Assembly: GCA_951406725.2 (NCBI GenBank)
Contig: OX597826.1
Coordinates: forward strand, 70,742,001-70,806,000
DNA length: 64,000 nt
DNA from: Octopus vulgaris
Lineage: Eukaryota
Reading direction: 5' to 3'
The notes under the pieces are model-generated. The model ran no database searches. It had not been told where the DNA came from and saw only the letters and a list, made by a program, of their open reading frames with translations. Shown one piece after another: positions 52,482-64,000 of this stretch (the stretch's first letter is position 1; each line of letters starts with the position of its first letter). A program made the translations under genes and the position numbers.

Positions 52482-52636
52482 CCGTAGCCTAGCTAGGGGT
52501 TAAGGTGCAGAGGATGGTCCATTCCAGGCGACGCTTTTATGAGGGATGCATTGTTGGGTTTGCTATATAAGCCTGTGTAGAGATGAGGGTCCAAGAAAGG
52601 GAGAAAACTCGAGCACACACTCTAGCTACGCCACTG
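52482..52636. mobile_element. Possible hAT-type MITE inside an old SINE
   Basis: Imperfect TIRs ccgtagcctagctag / ctagctacgccactg. No clear TSD. Confidence 0.45.
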
Positions 52637-53704
52637 AGTTTATTCGGTTACAAGTGAATACTAGTCCAGTCTTTGAACAACTCTTTCTCCCTCGATGTTG
52701 CACAATGTCAAACACAGAAGTGCGAAGAAGGCCTCATTGTGACTACACAGGCATCTAAAAATATAAGCGAAAGCATGGCTACATATAATCTCATACTCAC
52801 TTGCAAGGAGTGACTGCAGATTGTTTTTTACCATTTTCTCTTTGGTTGAAGTTGTTGTTATCCCCTGTTTTTGTCACTGAGCAGGTTGGATCTTGTAGAA
52901 ATCAGTAATATCAGTCCCACTCCAAACATGAATAATTAATTAATACTTGAAATGGAGGTAGGATTCTAGTAAAACAAAGCCGGTAATAGCCAACAACGGT
53001 GTAGGTGAGTGACCTGTTAGTCCAGAAATTCCCTTCTGTTTGTTTTTTTTAAAGCAGGTCCGCCATCCGTCGCCAGATTGCCAAGCCTGTTGAGACTTCA
53101 CATTATTTCTCATTTTTTCTAGTTGAGTACACTAGAACAGCGTGAAAGGAAGTGTTTTGCTCAAGAACACAAGACTTCACCCAGTCCATGAATCGAATTC
53201 ACGAACTTGCGATGATGAGCCCAACACCCTAACTGTTAAGCCACGCACATCCACGTGATTCTTTTATTAATTTGAGAACAACAGGCCTAGCTCACGAGAC
53301 AAATCTGATCGAGTAGATCATACACGTGCTACAATCAGAGCCCTTCCAGCCGTGGCCAACCCACCTTTTATCTTTTCAGACAGATATTCTAAGACTATAT
53401 TATTTTGTCATTCATTATCGTTGTTGTTATTTGTTGTTTATAGCCAGATTTACTCTGAGCAAGCAAACTTATGATCAAAGATGTTCTAGTCGTGACCACC
53501 ACACCTTTAATTCAGATATATCGTTTAGGACTCTGGTTAGGACTATATTATCCAATATTACTTTTCTTCTTTTCTTTTAGACAGAAGAACGTGATTTGAG
53601 GGGGCATAGCTGCTACTTTTAGCAGATCGAGCAACCAAGTAGAGGTTTCCCACATTAGAGGGCAAGTATAAATGACCTGATGAGTGTATATTTCCATCAA
53701 TTAT

Positions 53705-54165
53705 GAAGGTGTGTGGCTTAGTGGTTAGGGTGTTTGGCTGAACTTTATAAGATCGTGAGTTCGATTCCTGGAGGCGCTTTGTGTCCTTGAGCAAGACACT
53801 TTATTTCAAGTTGCTCCAGTCCACTCAGCTGGCAAAAATGAGCTGTGCCCATAATTCAAAAAGGACCAGCCTTGCCACACTCTGTGTCACACTGAATCTC
53901 CCTCAGAACTACTTTAAGGGTATGCGTGCCTGCGGAGTACTCAGCCACTTGCACGTTAATTTCCCAAGCAGTCCGTTCCGTTGATCGAATCAACTGGAAC
54001 CCTCGTCGAGTAGGAGATAAGTCGATTATATCCACCCCAGTGCTCACCTGGTATTTATTTCATCGACCCCGAAAGAATGAAAAGCAAGGTCGACCTCGAC
54101 GCAAGTTGACCTCAGAACGTAAAGCATTTTGCCCGGCGTGCTAATGATTCTACCAGCTCGGGCCA
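53705..54165. mobile_element. Family C variant (+, 53705-54010) followed by family A (-, about 54015-54165)
   Basis: Consensus matches. Confidence 0.8.
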
Positions 54166-54700
54166 TGGTTTAGAGTTCAAATCTCACCGTAGTCGTCTCC
54201 AGCTATCATCATTCCGGAATCGGAGGAGGTGGAGTTGTCTAAATAAATACTTTGATAGAAAAAGAAAAATTAAGACAAGTTATGAATAAAGATGGTGGAT
54301 TACAATTGTCTCAAGCAAAACTTAGCTTTGTAATTGGTTAAATGTAATTAACGTTATCATCAGCATCGACACATTCATTACTGTCGTTTATCTTAATTAG
54401 CCGATCACCACAATCAGCACCATTACTACCATTGCTACTATCATCATTAATCATTATCATCAAACATTACCATTATCATCTTCATCGCCACCACCATTGT
54501 CTATCATCAACGACACGCATATCAGTATATATTCTCATATATCTACTATATAGATAAATGAGAATATATACTAATATTTGCGTGTGTGTGAATGTATGTT
54601 TACGCATGTAAAGGCACGTAAACATACACATACATCTCACATACATTCATATATATATACACACACACGTTTGTTTATATTCATTCGTGCACAGCATATA

Positions 54701-55050
54701 CTCTTTTACTCTTTTACTTGTTTCAGTCATTTGACTGCGGCCATGCTGGAGCACCACCTTTAGTACTTATTCTATCGGTCTCTTTTTGCCGAACCGCTAA
54801 GTTACGGGGATGTAAACACACCAGCATCGGTTGTCAAGCAATGCTAGGGGAACAAACACACACACATATACATATATATACATATATACGACAGGCTTCT
54901 TTCAGTTTCCGTCTACCAAATCCACTCACAAGGCATTGGTCGGCCCGGGGCTATAGCAGAAGACACTTGCCCAAGATGCCACGCAGTGGACTTAACCCGC
55001 AACTGTGTGGTTGGTTAGCAAGCTACTTACCACACAGCCACTCCTGCGCC
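54701..55050 (-). mobile_element. SINE family B
   Basis: Very similar to 17628-18056, with an internal deletion. Confidence 0.9.
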
Positions 55051-55093
55051 TATACATACATACATACGTATATATAAATATATATATATACAT

Positions 55094-55176
<83 letters not shown>

Positions 55177-55195
55177 CATATATATATACATATAT

Positions 55196-55261
<66 letters not shown>

Positions 55262-55827
55262 GTTTGTTGCTACGTATGTATATATATGTATGTATGTGCA
55301 TATTCGCATATATGTATGATTGTATATTTGCGTATAAGCCAGTCAATAGTAAACAAACATATTTTGGCTCTACTTCCCAACGCAATTAATACTTTATATA
55401 GCACACGAAAACTTTATTCAAACGAACAGATACGAATGTGTGTGTGTATGTATGTACTCAAATACACACATACATACATACATACATACATACACACAGA
55501 CACATACCTGTATGCGTACGCACATCAAAATTTTTACGTATCTAAATTGGTGCTTTGTTATTGCATTTACTCTGTCGAGACAATATTGTTTTGTAACATT
55601 TGTGGGTTTATTTTTATCGAACAATAAGCGTTCTTTATATTTTTCAATAAATAGTATTTTTGAAATCATTACTGCGCAAAAAGATTTCTGGATAGAGTGC
55701 CATGCCAGACAATAGGCCAGGCGATCGACTATGCGTCTTCATTGTTCCGATGTCTGGAAAATAAGTACTTGTAAAGTACTGGTGTACATTTAAGTGACCA
55801 CGTCCTTCTATCTAAAATATCGTTTCA

Positions 55828-56219
55828 TCTCTCTCTATATATAAAGCTGAAGTTGTCTGTGTATGGCAGGTTTGGTAGCCTTCAACTAACACTATCTCCT
55901 CCGAGACCCTGCAGCGCAAGTTGACCAAAATTGAAAGTATGATAGAAGAAGGCTTGCTCTTCATTCCGTAGAAGATAAAATTCAAATCAGACCATGTTAA
56001 CACCAAAAATTATTTACGTCAAAAAGGTGCTTTTTTTCTATTAAAATCCCTATTTTTTTACGATTTTTTGACCACTGTCGCCATTTTTCGGTGTATTTCA
56101 ACCAGAAAAATGTTCACTTAAAGAGAATAACTAGCTACATAATGCAAAATGTTTACTTTTCAAAAATTCTAATTCTAAAGGTCGAGACAAACCCGAGCAA
56201 CGCCGGGTGATACTGCTAG
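55828..56219 (+). mobile_element. Complete non-autonomous Helitron (392 bp)
   Basis: A|TCTCTCTCTATATATAAAG 5' end, subterminal hairpin acccg-agcaacgc-cgggt, CTAG|T 3' end, no TSD. Confidence 0.88.
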
Positions 56220-56474
56220 TTTATGGCAAAAATCAATATTGACATGAAGATTAATTTTGTAGTGGACGACGGAATCAGTAGAGTGGCATAGCAAATGCTA
56301 TGTAATTGACAATACAATTTCATTCCTTTGGGGTCGAGAAAAATTGTACCAGTCAAGCACTGGGGTACTGTCATCGACTGTTCTCAACCCCTGTGTTTAT
56401 GTTAAAAATATTTGTTGCAACGGATGAGAATAGCAAGAGCAATAAGGCACCTGTCGAAATGTCTTGCGAAATTG

Positions 56475-56870
56475 AGGTGGCCGTGTGGTAAGTAGCTTGC
56501 TTACCAACCACATGGTTCTGGGTTCAGTCTCACTGCGTGGCACCTTGGGCAAGTGTCTTCTACTATAGCCTTGGGCCGACCAAAACCTTGTGAGTGGATT
56601 TGGTAGACGGAAACTGAAAGAAGCCCGTCGTATATATGTATATATATATGCATGTGTGTGTATATTTGTGTCTGTGTTTGTCCCCCGACATCGCTTGACA
56701 ACTGAAGCTGGTGCGTTTACGTCCCTGTAACTTAGCAGTTCGGCAAAAGAGCCCGATAGAATAAGTATTAGGCTTACAAAGAATAAGTCCCGGGGTCGAT
56801 TTGCTCGACTAAAGGCGGTGCTCCAGTATGGCCACAGTCAAATGACTGAAACAAGTAAAAGAGTAAAAGA
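56475..56870 (+). mobile_element. SINE family B
   Basis: Consensus match. Confidence 0.9.
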
Positions 56871-56939
56871 ATACTGTCTGGTTCTAATTTGTCTTTAATA
56901 CTTCCGGGATGAATAATATACCAGGTAAATATTAAGTTC

Positions 56940-57385
56940 AAATTTTGGCACAGGGCCAGCAGTTTCGGAGGCGGGGAGTTAATCGATTATATAGAGCCCA
57001 GTACTCAGCAAGTACTTATTTCATCGACCCCGAAAGGATGAAAGGCAAAGTCGACCTCGGCGGAATTTGAACCCAGAACACAAAGACGGACGAATGCCGC
57101 TAAACATTTCATCTGGCGTGCTAACGACTCTGCCAGCTCGCTTCCTTATACCAATTTCTTTACTACCCACAAGGAGCTAAACACAGAGAGGACAAACAAG
57201 GACAGACAAACGGATTAAGTCGATTATATCGACCCCAGTGCGTAACTGGTACTTACTTAATCGACCCCGAAAGGATGAAAGGCAAAGTCAACCTCGGCGG
57301 AATTTGAACCCAGAACACAAAGACGGACGAATGCCGCTAAACGTTTTTTACCCGGCGTGCTAACGATTCTGTCAGCTCACCCCAT
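56940..57385 (-). mobile_element. Two tandem SINE family A copies
   Basis: Consensus match, with flanking tataccag(g/t)taaatatta. Confidence 0.88.
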
Positions 57386-57651
57386 TATACCAGTTAAATA
57401 TTAGTACTAACATAATCTGCTTTACCAACTTCCCAGAAGACCGTTGTAATGTAACCGGAAATTTGTGTAGGTTCACCTCTCCAATTTACTTCTGGGTATC
57501 CTGCTCTGCTTTTGGGTAACTTTTCTCATTGGAATTTTATTGTTTTATCCTTGGGTTTTTGTTGATTTCTTTTTAACCTTTGTAAACCCCACTATGTGAG
57601 TTTCTAGTTCGTCCTCATAATAACCTCAATGCAAGGTGACCAATAAAAGAA

Positions 57652-58062
<411 letters not shown>

Positions 58063-58104
58063 TTTATTTTCTTTATTTTTAGTTTTACTTTCTCTGGCTC
58101 TCTT

Positions 58105-58880
58105 TTGTATTCAAATTCCATCGACGTCAACTTTGCCTTTCATACTTTCAAGGTCGATAAAATAGCTACCATTTGAGCGCTGAGATCGATATAATCGAAT
58201 AGCCTCGTCCCCTACAAAATTCCTGGCCTTGTCTTACAGTAGAAAGGATTATTAAGGCGACGAACGGACAGAATCGTTACCATACAGGACAAAAATTGGA
58301 GGCACGTGGCTCAGTGGTTAGGGTGTTGGACTCATGATCTTAAGGTTGTGATTTCGATTCCTGGACCGGTCGACGCGTTGTGTTCTTGAGCAAAACACTT
58401 CATTTCACGTTGCTCCAGTCCACCCAGCTGGCAAAAAAGTGTAACACTGCGACGGACCGGCGTACCGTCCAGGTGGGGAATATACACGCAATTTAAAACC
58501 GGGAAACCAGCCCTTATGAGTCGGTATGACACGAGAAGGTAACTTTAGCCTTACCTTTACGTATGTCGGACAAAATACGTAGCCTATTCCGCTCGTCTTT
58601 ACGTTCTGAGTTGGAATTCCACCGAGGTCAACTTTGCCTTTCATCCTTTGGGGATCGATGAAATACTGTTGTCGAAGTAATCAGCTTACTTCTTCCCCTA
58701 AAAAATTTCGGGTCTTGTGCCTATAGTAGGAGCTTTATCATCCCCGGCTCTCTACCTTCTGTGGTTGACTTTGCCTTTCGGGGACTACAAAATAATTACT
58801 AGTCGAGCACTGAGGTCGATGTAGTCGACTACTCCACCCCTTAAAGTTGCTGGCCTAGTGTCTAAATCAGAAATTCGTAT
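58105..58880 (+). mobile_element. Old family A copies interrupted by a family C copy (58298-58560)
   Basis: Consensus matches. ggacaaaa is repeated either side of the family C insertion. Confidence 0.8.
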
Positions 58881-59055
58881 TGCAATCCCTGCTTATGACT
58901 CAAAGAGTAATACATTCTGGCACGTGTCTGTACATCATCTATGTGCATAAATGTGTACATGTATGCACATATACATATATATATATATATATACGATATA
59001 TACGCAGGAAGATAAGCAAACATATATGTACATATAAATACATACAATGTACTAC

Positions 59056-59107
<52 letters not shown>

Positions 59108-59296
59108 ACAGCTCAGACACGTCTAGACATGTCAATCTGTAACACAAGTCAGTAATGCCATCAGATTTAGATTGGAAAAAAATGTATAACTGTCACGTCA
59201 TCTTAGCACGATTAACACAGCCTACCTGTCTTCTTTCTCTCTCTTTACTTGTCTGTATTTCTGTATTTCTCACCCGAATTCATTTTCTCACACACA

Positions 59297-59343
<47 letters not shown>

Positions 59344-59466
59344 TACATACACGCACACTCATTCACTCAGGCACTCACATAAGAGGATAGCGTACATTAT
59401 TCACAAACATGTTGCATCACTTGGTACAAAAAAAGTACACAATAGCTGCTCGCATTCACATATACG

Positions 59467-59500
<34 letters not shown>

Positions 59501-60129
59501 TACATACACACACATATACACACAAATACACACCCATATACACACAAATACACACGTATGGATAGCAGTTCTCTTACTAGTCTGAAGTGAAATGAAACGA
59601 AAGCTAGTACCCAGTTACGTTAGACAAAGCTGAATAATTTATTTAAAGCCGAATCTGTGTCACTTGCTATTCGTTGTTTCTTGGCTGTGATCGTCAGGAG
59701 ACTGATCTTATGCTTTTTGAAGATTTCTTATACGCCTATTGATTGGCTCTGCTAAGATCATGTCGGAACGAATTCGGCGGGAATTTCCGATTCTACATAG
59801 GAACATATAACAATGTGCAAAATGCGTATTGGATTTTTTAAAGTCTACAAATATTTTATTGAAAATTTATAAAGATTAAGAAAAAATTATTGAAAATTTC
59901 TTTACTGTAAAATGTTCAGATATATTGACTTAATATAGAAATGCTTTTTATTTACAAATTTCTATCAAGAAATCTCTCAAATGACCCTATGGTAAACATA
60001 CGAATGTAAATATTTATTAAAACTAATGAAAATTGAACAGGGGGTTGTTTTATCGGTTTCCGATAAAATAGTTATCATTCTGACTAGTTTTCTTATATTT
60101 TTTTCATTTTATTGGGACAAATATATGTA

Positions 60130-60745
60130 TGCATGTGTGTATGTTTGTGTGTCTTTGTCCCCCAACATCGCTTGACAACCGATGCTGGTGTGTTTACGTC
60201 CCCGTAACTTAGCGTTTCCGCAAAAGAGACCGATAGAATAAGTAGTAGGCTTACAAATTATAAGTCCTGGTGTCGATTTGCTCGACTAAAGGCGGTGCTC
60301 CAGCATGGCCGCAGTCAAATGACTGAAACAAGTAAAAGAGTAAAAGCGTATTCATATATATAAATACTTTTTACTTTTTATCTTATATTAAACTTTTTAA
60401 TACTTTTTGATAGTTATATATATTTAATAAATAAAAAGAATATTAAAAAATAAAAAAATAAAAATTATAAATATAAATTAATAATTTTAATTTTAAATTT
60501 AAATAATTTAAATTTTTAAATTTTATATTTTATATATTTTGTATATTATATTGATTATTTTTATTTTTATGTTTTATGTATACGACGGGCTTCTTTCAGT
60601 TTCTGTCTACCGAATCCACTCACAAAGTTTTGGTCGGCCCGAGGCTATAGTAGAAGGCACTTACCCAAGGTGTTACGCAGCAGGAATGAACCTGAACCAT
60701 GTGGTTGGTAAGCAAGCTACTTACCACACAACCACTCCTGTGCCT
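60130..60745. mobile_element. SINE family B halves in opposite orientation (3' half +, 60130-60346; 5' half -, 60580-60745)
   Basis: The halves are complementary and non-overlapping, each breaking at the internal microsatellite. Confidence 0.85.
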
Positions 60746-60767
60746 ATATATATATAAATACATATAT

Positions 60768-60993
60768 CTTTTATCTTTTACTTGTTTCAGTCATTGGAGT
60801 GTGGCAAAGCTACGGCACTGCCATGAAGACTATTTGTCGAATGAATCGATCCCACTAGTTTATCGTTTTTATTAATTAATTTATTTTTGTTTTGTTTTTA
60901 AGTTTGGTACTTATTCTGTCAGTCTACTTTTTCCGAACTGCTAAGTTATGAGGACGTAAACACACCAACATTGGCTGCCAATCACAGTCACAA

Positions 60994-61079
<86 letters not shown>

Positions 61080-61240
61080 GCATATATTATATACGATGGG
61101 CTTTCAGCTTCCGTCTACTAAGTCCGCTCAAAAGGCTTTAGTCGGCCTGAGGATACAATAGGAGACACTTGCCCAAGGTGTCACACAATGGGACTGATCT
61201 TGGAACGATATGGCTGGGAAGCCTGTTCCTTACCATACAC
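60768..61240 (-). mobile_element. Old SINE family B with expanded (CA)n
   Basis: Diverged consensus match. Confidence 0.75.
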
Positions 61241-61296
<56 letters not shown>

Positions 61297-61435
61297 GACG
61301 CATTATGTGTGCAGATACCATGCAGTTGGGGAGTTTGTGAGACATATACATATATATGTACATGCACTTCAGCGACTAGATATGGTGACGCAAAACACGT
61401 GCAAAAACATGTTCTCGCACAAATTCACATACAAA

Positions 61436-61489
<54 letters not shown>

Positions 61490-61607
61490 TTTATAACACA
61501 TATGTGAGGTTCGTAATAATGTAAAAATAAAAATGCTGTATAAATTCGAGCTGTTGATAGCTACCTAGATAAAAATCTTTCTATCTAGATACATAAATGT
61601 GTATAAA

Positions 61608-61661
<54 letters not shown>

Positions 61662-61949
61662 CATGTTTGTATGGAACCATGTGTACGGTACTTATATATC
61701 ATTTTATAAATTTTTCTCTTTGGGCAGTAGCCATATTTTTGCGTCGCAGCTTTCGCCATTTTGAGGTAATAATATTGATATCGGTACTCATTTCCGTTCG
61801 GATTTTAATCCAATTTCTTTTTTTAAAACTTGATTGGTCTGAAGGAAGAGACCTTGTTCATGACCTTCTTAGATCCTTCAACATTTGTGAGGGCGATTCA
61901 GCTAATGTTCTTTATGAACGGTTGCACATCACGGCTCCAGATAAATAAA

Positions 61950-62250
61950 AAAGAAAAAGAACTTCGCAGGAAGAGAAATTTCACAACATGGCGGAAGGAT
62001 TTGTGAATGAATGTGAAGTCCTTGAATGTTAGCTGGCACGAGATCACCTTGTTCTTTGATGCCTAGGCTACTGTGGGCCAGAAGTTGGAGTGTATTGCTA
62101 AATTATTTGATGCCAAACAACCGACTGGCCTGTCTCTGGGTGGCATCTTCGATATCTGCTAGTGTTGCAGCAGCACCGTCCATATGTAAGAGAAATACCC
62201 CATTGCGGTTGTAACAAGATTCTAGCCGTTACACAAGGAGCAAATTTCCG
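61950..62250 (-). pseudogene. CR1/L2/Jockey-group LINE RT C-terminal fossil
   Basis: Minus strand AMGYFSYIW / DGAAATLADIEDATQRQASRLFG..LQLLAH (compare MEYCSHIWDG...IQRRAxRLI..LQPLxHRR). Confidence 0.65.
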
Positions 62251-62336
62251 GCTTTTTTATGGTGTAGTTTTTGTTTTACTGTTTTATCGAGTACAATTTA
62301 GAGACATCAACCAACACACCAATTCACACACATATA

Positions 62337-62556
62337 CAATAATTCCTCGCCGTATCGCGGTTCACATATCGTGGTTTATTATTTAAGCTTACGTCGACTC
62401 CTCTGTGGTGTTGTTTTGCATTTATAATATAATAAAATACATACAAATCATAAAAATTAAAAAAATATACAGTACAGCACTGTTTTATTTCACGAATTTT
62501 CACCTATCGCGGGGGGCCTTTGGAACGTAACACCCGCGATAATCGAGGGATTGCTG
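62337..62556. mobile_element. Tigger/pogo-type MITE
   Basis: TA-caataattcctcgccgtatcgcgg / ccgcgataatcgagggattgctg. Confidence 0.8.
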
Positions 62557-62575
62557 TCTATATACTTTTATATAC

Positions 62576-62608
<33 letters not shown>

Positions 62609-62610
62609 CA

Positions 62611-62675
<65 letters not shown>

Positions 62676-63084
62676 ATGTATATATATACGCGTACGCAGG
62701 TGGATAGCAAGTTTCCGCACATTCTCCGCCATCCAATTATCATTCTTCAAAATTATAGGGCAACAGAGGACGAGGGTTGAGGTTGAAGTCATTTGACAAT
62801 TTTTTTCCCGCTAGGATCGAAACTGCAATCATGTGGTTTCAAAGTAAAGTTGATTTTCTTTTTTAACTTTATGACTACATCTGCCGCCATCTTATTTGCG
62901 AATAAATGTTAAGTGTGGTAGAGAATGCGTATATGTGATAATAGACATAGATTTAATTTGCTATAAATAGAGATGTATCTATAAATACGTGCTTGCGAGT
63001 TGTCACGTTTTTGTATGAGAAAACGTGGAATCTGTTAGCAAAATGATAATGACGAAAATATAAGACATGTGTATATGCGTTTGC

Positions 63085-63116
<32 letters not shown>

Positions 63117-64000
63117 TTGCGTGCAGAGATGAAATGAGGGAAAGGTAGAAAGAAAAGAAAAGGAGATAAGAACAAAAATAAGGACAGGTAATAAGGAAAA
63201 CAATTTGATGGAACAGGTGAAAGAAAGCGATAGGGAGAGTCCAACAAGGAGAAACATTGATAGACTGACAGCGCAATCGTCATTAAATTCACAACAAATT
63301 ACTTTAATACTTAAGCTCAACCAGTGTGACTGTAGTTAATTACTGGTATCAAATTAATTTCAATTTTAAATTCGATCTTTATTTTTGTTTTTAGTAACTA
63401 CTTCGCCTCACATTGAACCCCAAATTCTTTGGAATTTATGCGTTTTACGTTCTAGAGAATCGTAGCGCTGTTTTCATCCTATAATGCCATACCCCGCTCC
63501 CACCCGCACCAGATCTCGCAAGCCTACTCTAGTTAATAAGAGAAACTACAGCAGCAGCAGCAAGTGAAGAAGCAACGGAAGCAGCAACAATAGTAGCAGC
63601 AACAGCAGCATGAACGGCTGCAACAGCTGCAATAGCAGCAGGTGCACTAACAGCAGCTATAATGTGCAACTTCAGCAGAAGGCACGTCGGACACCACAAT
63701 AGAATCAGGAGCCGAAATGCACAGCAATCCCACCGCTGTCCTTACAGGATATGATGCTTTATGTGTTCATCGAGATTGCAAGAAATAGCAGCAAAAATCC
63801 ACTCTGTATCATACATTCTGTATTAAAATATCACTTTGACAAATATCGTCCGCTGTTGCCATCTCCAGGACCCGAATGTTTTGCTTGAAATAGCAACCGG
63901 ATCTCCCTCAAATAGCTTCCTACCAATGTAAATGTAAAAATATATATTAAATAATATAGTTCTACGTACACCTAAAAAGAAAAGAAATGCTGGATTGTCA

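Noticed and set aside
63540-63700. CAG/GCA-rich stretch resembling a polyQ or polyA exon
   Set aside because: It is a degenerate trinucleotide repeat with stops and no long ORF.

Overview
This is AT-rich, gene-poor eukaryotic DNA saturated with microsatellites and transposon debris. The SINE families and the microsatellite density point to an octopus (coleoid cephalopod) genome; that assignment is inference, not a database result. No intact protein-coding gene is supportable, and nearly all ORFs in the track are translated microsatellites. The window holds three abundant tRNA-headed SINE families (about 35 copies, many multimeric), fossil mariner, R4/Dong, CR1/L2-like and Penelope coding fragments, pogo- and piggyBac-type MITEs and one complete non-autonomous Helitron. 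The most coherent signal is a set of retroelements sorted by microsatellite type. Three families sit in (TAA)n with fixed polarity, one R4-like family sits in (CATA)n, and Penelope-like termini with hammerhead motifs, plus fold-back hairpins, sit in (TA)n. Other highlights are a perfect 61-bp inverted repeat with arms 4.5 kb apart, 113-170 bp duplications flanking SINEs, and an apparent (TA)-bounded inversion that splits a SINE. Coordinates of degenerate repeats are approximate.
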